From IMG/VR virus record IMGVR_UViG_3300048856_000110, positions 1 through 56,827 of that record: a stretch of DNA of 56,827 nt, one strand, 5' to 3'. A program made the position numbers and the translations under genes. The notes below the pieces were generated by a model. It was not told the DNA's origin. It made no database searches and was given only the letters and a program-made list of their open reading frames with translations. Source of the stretch: a virus. Its lineage: Duplodnaviria; Caudoviricetes. Below, piece by piece: positions 37,060-47,700 of the stretch; within the stretch, counting starts at the first letter, position 1, and each line of letters opens with the position of its first letter.

Positions 37060-37469
37060 TGGCGTCGCCCGGGGTCATTGCCACCTTCGAGGAGCGCCTC
37101 GCCGCCGAATGGTCGTTCTGTCCGATCATTCCCGAGAATGCGCAAGGCGACACGCCGATAGACGGCAGCGCCTTCCTGTTCGTCCACTATCCCTTCGTGA
37201 CCCGGGAGCAGGTCACCTTCGGCGTGCCCGGCGCCAACGTGTTCCGGGAGGACGGCGCGGCGCGGATGGTGCTGAACATCGAACGTGGATCGGGGCTCGA
37301 CCAGGCGCGTGCCTGGATCGAGGATCTTGTCGCGATCTTCATCGGTAGGGACATCGGTGGCGTCATCATCCGCGGCGTCGACGGACCGGTGACTGACGAC
37401 CGCAACGAAGACGGCAACTATTTCAGCCTGGCCGTCGCCTTTTCCTACCAGACCGACTTCACCGCCTGA
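37059..37469 (+). CDS. Tail terminator-like protein
   Basis: Position before the tail tube; size. Confidence 0.65.
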   Translation: MASPGVIATFEERLAAEWSFCPIIPENAQGDTPIDGSAFLFVHYPFVTREQVTFGVPGANVFREDGAARMVLNIERGSGLDQARAWIEDLVAIFIGRDIGGVIIRGVDGPVTDDRNEDGNYFSLAVAFSYQTDFTA

Positions 37470-37494
37470 CCCCACTCATCACCAGGAGAACACC

Positions 37495-38421
37495 ATGGCT
37501 TTTGCTCCCACGAGCGGGTCGCGCTTTGCCTATGTGGCCGAGACGGTCTTCGGCACGACGCCGGCGACGCCGACCTTCCTGCCGATCCGCCTCACCGGCG
37601 CCGGCATGCGCACGAACAAGTCGACCGCGCAGTCCGACGAGATCCGCGCCGACCGCAACGTGGTCGACGAGTTCCAGCTCGGCCAGGACGCCGCCGGCTC
37701 GTACGACTTCGAGTTCAGCTACGGCTCGTTCGACGATTTCCTCGCGGCCTGCCTGTTTAGCTCCTGGTCGTCGGACGTCCTGAAGAACGGGGTGACGCCG
37801 AAGAGCTTCACGCTGGAGGAGACGCTGCGCGTGGGCGGCGTGCAGAACAGCTTCTCGCGCTTCACAGGGACGATGGTGAACTCGATCTCGCTGGCGATGA
37901 CCGCGCGAGCGAAGATTACCGGCTCGATCGCCCTCATGGGTCAGAAGGAGGCGCTCGCATCGGCGATCATCACCGGGGCGACCTATACGGCCCCGAACAC
38001 CGAGCCGGTTCTGACGGCGTCGGCGCACGTGATGGACCTGACCGTCGGCGGCAGCGCGATCAAGCTGCGCAGTCTCTCCCTGGAGATGACGAACAACCTG
38101 CGGACCAGGCCCGTGGTCGGCTCGCTCTATTCCGAGGAATTCGGCGCTGGTCGCTTCGGCGTCACCGGCACGCTCGAGGCTTATTTCGACAGCAACGCGC
38201 TGTACCAGGAGGTCCTCGATCATGGGGGCGGCGCGGTGTCGCTCACGGTCGGCGCCGCCACCGGCAAGAAATACACGATCGACATGCCGAAGATCATCTT
38301 CCTCAACGGAGAGCGGAGGGTCGGCGGCGTCGACGACGACGTGATGGTCTCGATCCCGTTCCGGGCCGTCTACGACGAGACGCTCGCCGCGACGATCAGC
38401 TTCACCCGGGCGGTGGCATGA
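37495..38421 (+). CDS. Major tail tube protein
   Basis: YVAETVFGTTP, SDEIRADR, VTGTLEAYF. Confidence 0.85.
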   Translation: MAFAPTSGSRFAYVAETVFGTTPATPTFLPIRLTGAGMRTNKSTAQSDEIRADRNVVDEFQLGQDAAGSYDFEFSYGSFDDFLAACLFSSWSSDVLKNGVTPKSFTLEETLRVGGVQNSFSRFTGTMVNSISLAMTARAKITGSIALMGQKEALASAIITGATYTAPNTEPVLTASAHVMDLTVGGSAIKLRSLSLEMTNNLRTRPVVGSLYSEEFGAGRFGVTGTLEAYFDSNALYQEVLDHGGGAVSLTVGAATGKKYTIDMPKIIFLNGERRVGGVDDDVMVSIPFRAVYDETLAATISFTRAVA

Positions 38422-38606
38422 TGAAGACGGTCCACATCCTGGAAGATTTCACCGGCTATCCGAACGGCAAGGATGAACGGCACTTCGCCAAGGGCGAGCA
38501 GCCGGATCCGGAGCTGTCGAACGAGTTCGCCGACCTCATCGTCGCCAAGGGTCACGCGCGAGAGGTCAAGCCCACCGTGACCGAAAAGAAGGAAGACCGG
38601 AAGTGA
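38418..38606 (+). CDS. Hypothetical protein
   Basis: Coupled on both sides. Confidence 0.6.
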   Translation: MMKTVHILEDFTGYPNGKDERHFAKGEQPDPELSNEFADLIVAKGHAREVKPTVTEKKEDRK

Positions 38607-39013
38607 GGCTCAGCTCGATCAGGATCAACGGCGCCGCCATCGAACAGGGCGACTGGGTCGACGACATTCCGCTTCTTCCCGGCGTCAGGCTCAAGGTACG
38701 GGCGATCAACAATCTCGACTATCGCCGCCTCGAGGCCAAGCTCATCCGGGCGCTGCCGCGGAAAAACCGCGTCAACGGGCTGGATCCGAAGGACATCGAC
38801 GCCATCGAGACCCGGTGCCTCGCCGAAACCATCCTCGTCGGCTGGGACGGCATCGAGGGCGACGACGGCGAGCCGCTCGAGTTCAGCCAGGCGACGGCCG
38901 CCGCCCTGATCGGCGATCCCGACTATGCCGTGTTCCGCAACGCGGTTTCCTACGCGGCGCGCACCCTGTTCGACACGAAGACGGACGACGCCGAGGAAGA
39001 CGCGGGAAACTGA
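38603..39013 (+). CDS. Tail assembly chaperone (gpG-like)
   Basis: ILVGWDGI.DDGEPLEFS; ends in GGGAAAC TGA. Confidence 0.8.
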   Translation: MRLSSIRINGAAIEQGDWVDDIPLLPGVRLKVRAINNLDYRRLEAKLIRALPRKNRVNGLDPKDIDAIETRCLAETILVGWDGIEGDDGEPLEFSQATAAALIGDPDYAVFRNAVSYAARTLFDTKTDDAEEDAGN

Positions 39014-39360
39014 CAGCCGCGCTCCTATGGAATCTCCACTGGGGCGAACGGCTCGAATTCCTCCAGGACCTCGCCGACGAAGGCGAGAGTCCCCGCGCAT
39101 TGGTCGACCGACCGGAGTTGCCCGGGGATCTCGCCTTCGTCCTTGCGGCATTCTGGCGGCTGCACACCGAGCGTCCCCTCGGCTTCGGCGGCGCCGGACC
39201 CATCCCGCATTTTGCTGCACTTGCCTATGCAGACCGGCTCGCCATGGGGCCGGACGAGGCCGACTGGTTCTGCGACATGATCGTGGCGCTGGACGGCGAG
39301 TACCTGAAATGGGTCGAGAGCCAGCGACCAGAGCCGGAAAAGCAGAGAGATGGCCGCTAG
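39004..39360 (+). CDS. gpGT-like extension made by -1 frameshift at G GGA AAC
   Basis: X XXY YYZ heptamer at 39004-39010; -1 frame open (KLTAALLW...AFWRLHTERPLGFG) up to the tape measure start. Confidence 0.78.
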   Translation, partial: GKLTAALLWNLHWGERLEFLQDLADEGESPRALVDRPELPGDLAFVLAAFWRLHTERPLGFGGAGPIPHFAALAYADRLAMGPDEADWFCDMIVALDGEYLKWVESQRPEPEKQRDGR

Positions 39361-42300
39361 CCTCCAGCAGATCCGCACCCTGACCATCGAGGCGCGTGAA
39401 CGCGGCATCGCCGAGGTCAAGGCGAAGCTCGATGCCCTGTCGGCGGCGCAGGTGCAGGTCGGAGAAACTTCCGAGACGTCCGCGCGAAAACAGGCCTCGG
39501 CCGCCAATGCCTTCAAGGCGATCGAGAACGCCGCCGAGGGCGAAACCAAGGCGATGCGCGTCCTGGCGAAGGAACTCTCCATTCTCGACCGCGCCCGTGC
39601 CCAGGGCGTCGGCGGCGACGACGTACGCCAGAACGAGCTGCGCACGAAGGTCTGGGAAAAATACACCTTCGCCGTCGCACAGGCCAAGAAGCAGGAGGCG
39701 ATCAGGAGCTCGGTCGCCAACGATCTTAACGGCGTGGCGGGTGCTGCGCAGCTGACCTCTAACCAGCTGCTCAATCTGTCCAGGCAGGGCAACGACGTCA
39801 TCACGATGTTCGCCATGGGCGCCAGCCCCATGCAAGTGTTCGCGTCGCAAGCGGGGCAGGTCTACGACGCTCTGGAGAGCGGCCCGAACGGCCTGCGCGG
39901 CAGCTTGCGGGCTATTGGTGACGGCCTGACGACCGCCGCAACGACGGCGCTCGGCTTCGTCACGCCCATGGGACTCGTCGCGACTGGGCTCACGGCCGCC
40001 GCAGCCGCGGCGATCTATTTCGGGGACAACACCGAGAAAAACGTCAAACGGGCGGAGGATGCCGCGAAATCCTACGACGAGACGCTGAAGCGGATCCGCT
40101 CGACGCAAGGGGACATCGCCAAGGCGGCTGGCTCGATCTTCGACGAGAGGCGACTGCAGGGAGGATCCACCACGGCGGCCCAGGTCGAGCTCGAGGTGCT
40201 GCGGCAGCAGGCGGCGCGCAAGGGGCTGGTCGAGAACCTGATCCAGACGCCCCTGACGGCCGGCTCGGCCATGAACCCCATTAGCGACGCGCGCGAACTG
40301 CTGCGGCAGATCACGGGAGACACCAGCAAGGGCGGTCTCGCCCAGCTCGCCGCGCAGCTCGATGCCGGGACGCTGAAGGCAAGCCAGCTCGAGGAGACGC
40401 TGATCAAGCTGCGCGTGAACCCCGACCTTCCGAGCGATCTTGGCAATGTCGTCGATGAGATGATTAAAGGCGCGACGGCCGCGGCGGACGTCGAGGCGCG
40501 GATCAAGGCGATTAGGGGCGCGGCGGCTCGCCTTCGGGTCGAGACAACGCGCGGCAATTTCAGTTCGGCGTCCGACAACCTGAGGGAGCTTGTTCCGGCC
40601 GAGCGTCTCACGGCGCGCGAGGACGTCGAACGCCGATACCAGCAGGCGATGGCTTCCGCCCGCCTATTGCCCGAAGCGATGGGCGCCATGGCGAGCGCGG
40701 ATGCCAATCGGCAGAAGGCGCTCGACGAGATCGATCGCCAGGAAAGCGTGATCCGGCAGGGCCGGGAACTCGATCTGAGGGCGATCGGCGCCCGAACGGT
40801 TGCCGAGCAGGCGCTGATCGCCGCAGAGCGCGAACGGCTGGCCCTGTCAGGCGAAAATCTCGACCAGAGCGAGAAGGCGGCGCGCATCGCACAGCAGGCG
40901 GCGATGATTATCGCTCAGGCGAATAAGGCGGCCGAGGACACGTTGCGCTCCAGCCGACAGCAAAATGCCGCTGCCGGGCTTCAAGGCTATCAGGCGGGTG
41001 CGCAGGCGATCATCGACCGCTATGCGCTGGAGATCAAGCAGGCCGAGGGAGCGGAGGGGGCGGTTCTCGATCTCACCAAGGCGCGAAACCTCGACCTGCA
41101 GACGCTGCAGATCCAGACGCAGCGCAGCCTGTTCCAGCCGCAGCAGGACCAGCTCGCCAGCCTCACCGCCGAGGCCGCAGCAATCGGCGCCTCGGATGAC
41201 GTCCGGCGCCGACTGATCGATGGACTGAAGGTCGAGAACGACATCCGCCAGGCGGGCATCAGCGCGACCGGGGAGCAGGCAGACGCCTATCGCCGAAATG
41301 CTGAGGCACTGTCAGTGTATGAGGATCGTGTCCGCCGCGCTGGGGATGCCTGGGACGACGTCAAGCAGGCGGGCGAGAGCGCGATCGACGGCCTGGTCGG
41401 CAGCATCACGTCCGGCGACTTCTCCGGCGCACTGAAGAGCATTGCTGATGACGTGGCGAAGACCGCGCTGGAACTCGCCGTGGCCAACCCGCTGAAGAAT
41501 GCGCTGCTTGGCACCAGCTACGGCACGATGGGCGATCTGTTCAATGGACCGGGCGCGGCGCCGGAGCTCGGCATGCCGTCGGTCCAGTCCACCGCGGCGA
41601 TGAATGTCACTGCGGCCATCGTGAACATCGGCGGTGTCGGTGTCGGCGGCGCCGGCGGCGCGATCGAGCGGCTTTTGAACCCAGCGAACGGGAACGCACT
41701 AGGCGGCGTGGCGTCAGCGGACCTCGGAAAGAATGGGCTCGTCCCGGTTAGCGAGGTCGCGGCGTATATCCAGCAGGCGGCAGCGGCGCGCGGCATCGAC
41801 CCGGGCATCGCTCTCAGGGTCGCGAAGTCCGAAGGCCTCGGCGAAGGCATCTGGCAGTCGAACTATTCGAAGAACGGCTATCGGGAGCCGTCCTTTGGCC
41901 CGTTCCAGTTGCTCAAGGGCGGTGCCGGGACTGGCTTCGGCCAGGGCATGGGCAACGACTTCATGCGGCAGACGGGACTCGACCCGGCCGATCCACGGAA
42001 CACATTTGCCGGTATCGATTTCGCGCTCGACGGCGCGGCTAAGAACGGTTGGGGTGCCTGGTACGGCGCCGGCAAGGCAGGCATCGGCAATCGAGACGGG
42101 CTTGCCGGTGCACAGGCCATCGGTGTCAACACCGCGGCCACGATGCTGCAGGACGCGGCGCCGAAACTGGCGGAGTCTGCCACGGCCCTGACAACCGGGT
42201 TGGGACAGTCGACCGGCCTCATCAACACCGGCATCGGGCAGATCGCAAACCAGTTCGTGCCGGGCTTCGGCGGGATCCTGACGCAGCTGCTCGACGGCAT

Positions 42301-42838
42301 GAGCCAGAAGGCTGGGGGCGGCGGTTTCGGTGGCCTCCTCGGCGGTTTCCTCGGCGGCGGCGGCGGTATCTCCGCCGGGGCAACGTCGACCATCATGGGC
42401 GGCGCCCAGGGGCTATTTTCTGGTGGCGGCTACACCGGGCCCGGGGGGCGTCATCAGCCCGCGGGCGTTGTTCACCGTGGCGAAGTCGTCTGGAGCCAGG
42501 ACGATGTGGCGCGTGCCGGCGGTGTCGGCGCCGTCGAAGGCATGCGGCTGGGCCTCCGCGGCTATGCCGGCGGCGGCTATGCCCCGCCCGCGGGCGTCGC
42601 CATGCCGTCCTATGCCCGGATGCAGGCGCCTGCGAATGCGCCGGCGCCGCAGATCAGTCAGACGTTCGTCAACGCCCCGCCGGTGGTCTCACAGACCGAT
42701 GAGCCGGACGGTAGGGGCGGGCGCCGGCAGGTCATCGTGTTCCAGGAAATGATGGCGGCGAACATGAAGCCCGGCAGCAAGCCCCGTCGTGAACTCGAGA
42801 AGTCGGGCCTGCCGCGGCCCCCGGCGGTGTACGGATGA
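39350..42838 (+). CDS. Tape measure protein with a C-terminal lysozyme-like domain
   Basis: NLSRQGNDV...SQAGQV N-terminal motif; Ala-rich helices; GGYTGPGG..QPAGVVHRGEVV. Confidence 0.92.
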   Translation: MAASLQQIRTLTIEARERGIAEVKAKLDALSAAQVQVGETSETSARKQASAANAFKAIENAAEGETKAMRVLAKELSILDRARAQGVGGDDVRQNELRTKVWEKYTFAVAQAKKQEAIRSSVANDLNGVAGAAQLTSNQLLNLSRQGNDVITMFAMGASPMQVFASQAGQVYDALESGPNGLRGSLRAIGDGLTTAATTALGFVTPMGLVATGLTAAAAAAIYFGDNTEKNVKRAEDAAKSYDETLKRIRSTQGDIAKAAGSIFDERRLQGGSTTAAQVELEVLRQQAARKGLVENLIQTPLTAGSAMNPISDARELLRQITGDTSKGGLAQLAAQLDAGTLKASQLEETLIKLRVNPDLPSDLGNVVDEMIKGATAAADVEARIKAIRGAAARLRVETTRGNFSSASDNLRELVPAERLTAREDVERRYQQAMASARLLPEAMGAMASADANRQKALDEIDRQESVIRQGRELDLRAIGARTVAEQALIAAERERLALSGENLDQSEKAARIAQQAAMIIAQANKAAEDTLRSSRQQNAAAGLQGYQAGAQAIIDRYALEIKQAEGAEGAVLDLTKARNLDLQTLQIQTQRSLFQPQQDQLASLTAEAAAIGASDDVRRRLIDGLKVENDIRQAGISATGEQADAYRRNAEALSVYEDRVRRAGDAWDDVKQAGESAIDGLVGSITSGDFSGALKSIADDVAKTALELAVANPLKNALLGTSYGTMGDLFNGPGAAPELGMPSVQSTAAMNVTAAIVNIGGVGVGGAGGAIERLLNPANGNALGGVASADLGKNGLVPVSEVAAYIQQAAAARGIDPGIALRVAKSEGLGEGIWQSNYSKNGYREPSFGPFQLLKGGAGTGFGQGMGNDFMRQTGLDPADPRNTFAGIDFALDGAAKNGWGAWYGAGKAGIGNRDGLAGAQAIGVNTAATMLQDAAPKLAESATALTTGLGQSTGLINTGIGQIANQFVPGFGGILTQLLDGMSQKAGGGGFGGLLGGFLGGGGGISAGATSTIMGGAQGLFSGGGYTGPGGRHQPAGVVHRGEVVWSQDDVARAGGVGAVEGMRLGLRGYAGGGYAPPAGVAMPSYARMQAPANAPAPQISQTFVNAPPVVSQTDEPDGRGGRRQVIVFQEMMAANMKPGSKPRRELEKSGLPRPPAVYG

Positions 42839-43260
42839 CCCCGGTCTGGCCTTCCGAGCTGCCGCAGCGACCGACGCAACAGGGGTTCAGTCGCGGCGTC
42901 GGCGACGGTCGCCTGATCACGCCGATGGGCAAAGGGCCGCCGAAGGTGCGCCGACGTTATAGCGCTGTCGTGAAGCCCATCCGCGCGGTGATGCATCTCT
43001 CCACCGATCAGTTCTATCGCTGGGAGCGGTTCTGGGAGGAGGACACAGAGGGCGGCACTCTGCCTTTCCTGATCATCGATCCGATGGCGCATGGGCAGCC
43101 ACTGCTCGTGTCGCCCGGTGTCCCGCTGCTCACCGAGGCCGGCGTCCCGATCCTGATCAGCTCCTGGTGGCTGGTCATGTTCGGCGAGGCGGAACCACAG
43201 ACGATCCCCGTCGGCGGGCTCGACTATTCGATCACCTTCTCTCTCAATGTGATGCCCTGA
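42835..43260 (+). CDS. Distal tail protein
   Basis: WPSELP, GPPKVRRR, GGTLPF; follows the TMP. Confidence 0.7.
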   Translation: MTPVWPSELPQRPTQQGFSRGVGDGRLITPMGKGPPKVRRRYSAVVKPIRAVMHLSTDQFYRWERFWEEDTEGGTLPFLIIDPMAHGQPLLVSPGVPLLTEAGVPILISSWWLVMFGEAEPQTIPVGGLDYSITFSLNVMP

Positions 43261-43805
43261 TGGCCCGTCCTGTTCGCCCCAGAATGCGGCTCGCCCTTCA
43301 GAGCGGCCAGACAATCGAGAACCCTCTCCTGCTCATCACGATTGAGCATGAGGATCTGCCAGAGCCGATCCGGCTGTCGAGCGACAATACCGTGCGACTT
43401 TCGGACGAACCGCTGCTCTATGGGACCAAATCTCGGCTGTCGGGATCCACGTCCGGGGCCGGCAATTTGGTGATCCCCGCCGACTTCCTGTTCGTGCTGA
43501 TGTCCTTCGCGCTGCCTGATGACCAAGAGGAGGGGACGACGTCCACAGACCTCGTTCTCGCCCGCGTCGATGACGAGATGGTCGATGTCGTGCGCTCCTT
43601 CTCGACGCCGGCAACCGTGCACTTCCACGTCGTGCTGGCTGGTGACCCCGACTATGTCGATTTCGAGTGGACGGACCTGCGCACGATCTCGACCGGCTGG
43701 AATGACGCCAGCATCACTTTGACGATCAGCCGGGAAGACGATCTCGGCTATGGCTGGCCGAACCTCCTTATGGACAAGAAAAACGCACCGGGGCTTTACC
43801 GATGA
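43260..43805 (+). CDS. DUF1833-like tail tip protein
   Basis: LLLITIEH...PIRL, FALPDD, PGLY. Confidence 0.7.
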   Translation: MARPVRPRMRLALQSGQTIENPLLLITIEHEDLPEPIRLSSDNTVRLSDEPLLYGTKSRLSGSTSGAGNLVIPADFLFVLMSFALPDDQEEGTTSTDLVLARVDDEMVDVVRSFSTPATVHFHVVLAGDPDYVDFEWTDLRTISTGWNDASITLTISREDDLGYGWPNLLMDKKNAPGLYR

Positions 43806-44023
43806 CCAAACCAACCACAGTCGATGAGCTGATCGCGATGCTGGAGCCCTATCGGGGGACGGGCCTTCCGGTCGTTCTTGCTATTGGATCGGCAGAGGAC
43901 AGTGAAGATCCGATCACCGTGACGTTTCTGACCGACCCGAACTTCACTCTGGAGAGCGGCCATCAGACGTATCTCGGGGACATCGACTATCTCCGAATTG
44001 AGATCGTGGAAGAGGAGATCTGA
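43802..44023 (+). CDS. Small acidic hypothetical protein inserted in the tail module
   Basis: Coupled on both sides; TVDELIAML motif. Confidence 0.55.
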   Translation: MTKPTTVDELIAMLEPYRGTGLPVVLAIGSAEDSEDPITVTFLTDPNFTLESGHQTYLGDIDYLRIEIVEEEI

Positions 44024-44430
44024 TGAGCTGGTCTGACGCCTATATCGGCCTGCCTTTCGAGGAGAAGGGGCGCGGCACTGACGCGGTGGACTGCTGGGGT
44101 CTCGCGCTGCGCGTGCTCCTTGATCAGCGCAGCATCGACACGCTGCCGTCCTACACTGAGGACTATGTCAGCACGGCCGAGCGCGCCGAACTTGCGGCGA
44201 TCTTCGCCCGCGACTGCGACGACTGGCCGTGGTGCGAGGTGACGGACGCCCAACCGTTCGACATCGCGCTGTTCAACCGCGCCGGTGTCATGTGCCATGT
44301 CGGCATCGTGGTCGAGCCAGGCCTGATGCTGCATGTCGAGGCGGGGTGCGACAGTTGCCTCGAGCGGTTCGACGGCGGCCGGTGGTTGGCTCGGTTCGCC
44401 GGCCTGCGCCGGCATGTGAGCCTCCCATGA
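44023..44430 (+). CDS. NlpC/P60 tail-associated protein
   Basis: YIGLPF..GR...DCWGL...HVGIV...MLH. Confidence 0.88.
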   Translation: MSWSDAYIGLPFEEKGRGTDAVDCWGLALRVLLDQRSIDTLPSYTEDYVSTAERAELAAIFARDCDDWPWCEVTDAQPFDIALFNRAGVMCHVGIVVEPGLMLHVEAGCDSCLERFDGGRWLARFAGLRRHVSLP

Positions 44431-44479
44431 GAGATGCGCTCGGCTGGGCGATCTTCGCCGCCAGTGATGGGGAAAGACC

Positions 44480-44638
44480 ATGATCCGTAGCACGATCGCG
44501 GTTGTTCTCGTCGGCTGGCTGCAGCGCTTAACCCCGGATCACGACATTGAGGTGCATCGGGCGATCGGCGCGCTTGTCGCGGCAATGCTTAAGCGAGAGC
44601 ACATCGAGGCAGCAAGGTCGGCCGCAAAAGACCGTTGA
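44480..44638 (+). CDS. 52-aa hypothetical protein (not in ORF track)
   Basis: MIRSTIAVVLVGWLQRL...; GGGGAA upstream. Confidence 0.35.
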   Translation: MIRSTIAVVLVGWLQRLTPDHDIEVHRAIGALVAAMLKREHIEAARSAAKDR

Positions 44639-44680
44639 CGCCACCCAGCGCGCACCTCTCTGCACCCACGTCCTCCCAAC

Positions 44681-44704
44681 AGGCTCGCTCACGCGGGCCT
44701 TTTC
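44681..44704 (+). terminator. Terminator-like hairpin before the tail-tip gene
   Basis: AGGCTCGC-TCAC-GCGGGCCT-TTT. Confidence 0.55.
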
Positions 44705-44715
44705 CATGAGTCCCG

Positions 44716-47700
44716 ATGAACGCTGTCACACCCATCGAAGATCGGCTGTCGGTGCCCGCGACGGGCATCCAGTGCCTGGGCCTGCCGGCGCTCGACATCG
44801 AGCGCGGGCGGATCAGCGTCACGATCAGGGAAGGTTCGACCGTCGCCGAGATTGTGTCGGCGCTCTTCCCTGATCTTTCCGACGCACGCCGCGGCATGGT
44901 GCGCGTCACCGTCGGCGAGTGGGTGATCCATCAGCACACATGGCTCTCGGTTCGCCCTAAGCCGGGCATCCCCGTCATTGCGCGGATCGTCCCGCAGGGC
45001 GGCAGCCTGCGCAATGTGTTGTCGATCGTCGTCTCGATTGCAGCCGTCGCCGCCGGCCAATTCTACGCGCCAGCCTTTCTCGTCGGTGCCGTGGGACAGA
45101 CCGCTGCATCCGCCATCACCACCGCGGCCGTCGCGTTCGCCGGAACGATGCTTCTCAATGCGTTGATCCCGATCAAGCCGCCTGAGAAGGAAGAGGAGCG
45201 CTACAACATTACGGGCTGGAAGAACCAGCTTGTTCCCGGCGCGCCATTCGCCTCCGTGCTTGGACGCCTCCGCATTGCGCCGAACTTCGCTGCCTATCCC
45301 TACACCGAGTCGGTCGGTGATGACCGCTACATCACGGCGCTCTTCGCCATGCGCGGCAGTGTCGAGGTTAGCGGGTATCGGCTCGGCTATACAAGCATCG
45401 AGGAAGATCTCGGCGAGTATGACGAGCTATCCGACTTTGTTGTTGTGGAGGTCAAATATCCGGGCGACGGGCCGAGCACCCTTTATCCCATGCAAGTCAT
45501 CGAGGATATGGTCGGCCAGGAACTGGTCAACCGGGCCGATGAGACTCCAGGCGTCCCGGTCAAGCGGTCCTCGGCGGCGGACGCGGAAGAACTCTCGATT
45601 GACCTCCACTTCCCCGGCGGTCTGTTCGACACGGACAAGGAAGGTGATGATAAGGCGGCCAAGGTTGATGTCCTGATCGAGTACCGCCTCGCGGGAACAG
45701 AGCCGTGGGTCACGGCTATCAGCCTTTCCATCGACCTCAAGGAGAAGAAGCCGTTCTTCCGAACTTACCGCTGGCAGCCGGCAGTCCGCGGGCGCTACGA
45801 GGTTCGCCTGACGCGGACGAACAATGCGAACGAAGATCGCGGCTCTGACCGGGTCGACTGGCTGTGCATTCGTTCGCACCGCCCAGAGGCCCCCCTTAAC
45901 GTCACTACCGACCTGACGGCCATCTCGGTGCGGGCCAAGGCTTCAAGGCTGACGAACGGCACGCTCGACGCCTTCAATTTCATCGCCGAGGGTGTTTCCC
46001 CGGATTGGGATGCACCGACGCAGACCTGGATCACGCGCAAGACGCGCAACCCGGCGTCACACTATCGCCGTGCGCACCAGTCCAACGAAAACCGCATGCC
46101 GAAAGCGGACGCCAAGCTCTACCTCGAGCAGATCCAGCGCTGGCATGAAATGTGCGTGGCCAAGGGCCTGACCTATGATCGCCTGCACGATTACAAGGCC
46201 CGCTTCGATGAGGTGCTGGACGACATTTGCCGCGCAGGGCGGGCGACCAAGCAGAACGCAGGATCCCAATGGGGCGTCTGCATCGACCAGCCGCGTACAG
46301 CCGTCGTCGCCCATATCGGCGCACGGAATTCGTGGGACTTCTCAGGCACCAGCCCGAAGCTCGACCTGCCCGATGCCTTCAGCGTCAAGTTCAACGACGA
46401 GACCAATGACTATGAGCCGGCCGAGCGGGTAATCCCTCGCCCTGGCTTTGTCGGTCTGCCTGTCACGATCGAAGCGCTGGGGCAGGAGGGGATGACGAAC
46501 CCCAGCGCCATCTGGCGCTTCGCCACTCGGCGGTTCCTCGAGCTCATCCACCGCCGAGAAAGCTGGAGCTGCCAGCAGGACGTCGAGGCGCTGACGACGA
46601 TGCGCGGCGACCTGGTGCGTCTCGCCTATTTCCGCGAGCAGGTGTCGGGCCGGGTGACGGCGATCGTCGGCGACATGGTCATCCTCGATGAGGAGACGAC
46701 GATGGTAGGCGGCCAGAGCTATGTCTGCAGGTTCCGGCCAGACGAGGTTGACGAGGAGAATGATTCCAGCCGGACCATCCTCCGGTCGGTCATCTACCGC
46801 GCAGGCACCTTGAACAGCTTCCGCCTCTCAGGCAGCGGAGCCATGCCGAAGGTCGGCAACCTCGCCTTCTTCGGCACCGAGGGAGCGGAGACGGAAGAAG
46901 CGATCGTCAAGGACGTCGAGATGGGCGAGGAGATGACCGCAAGGCTCACGCTCGTTCCGCATGCGCCGCAGATCGACACGATCCTTGACGCCATGACCGT
47001 CCCCGTCTGGGACGGGAGGGTCGGATACGAAGCGGAGGACTCGACTGTCGCCCCCGCGGTCCCGCGCATCATCCGCATCGACTCCGGCATTCGGGCCCAA
47101 GAGTCGGGGACAACCGGCTACCCGGGCGTTCGGGTCTACGTCTCGCCCGGCAGCGTGTCTCCCAGCGTCGGGTCCTATCAGGTGAGGCACCGCCTGCAGG
47201 GCAACGTGACGTGGACGACGCTGACGGTCCTCGCCTCTCAGGCTTCTGTGAAGATCCTCGGCTACTCCAAGGGGCAGGTGATCGAAGTCATGGCCATGGC
47301 GATCGGCCGCGGCGTGTCGCCGCTGTCCAGCGCCTTCTCCGCGATCTCAACGCACACTGTTGGGGCGAACGATCCGGTGTCGATCGCGGCGCCAACGCAG
47401 CAGCTCGCCGTCATCGAAGGGTCGTCGGTGAGGGTCTCGTGGAAAAACCCGAACGACCCGACCTTCCAGAGCGCGAAGGTCTATCGCTATCGGGATGACA
47501 AGGTCTTTGCGAACGCGGTGCTCATCTCCGAACCGCTCTACGGTGCGGCCGGCGCGACCCCATCGATCTTGGACACCCCCGGCCAGGGTTCTTGGATCTA
47601 CGCCATAGTCGCCGACGACGACACGGTATTCCGCACGTCATCGCCGGCGATCACCAGCGCGGTCGCCCTCCTCGGGGCGGAGATAATCGTCAACGGCGGG

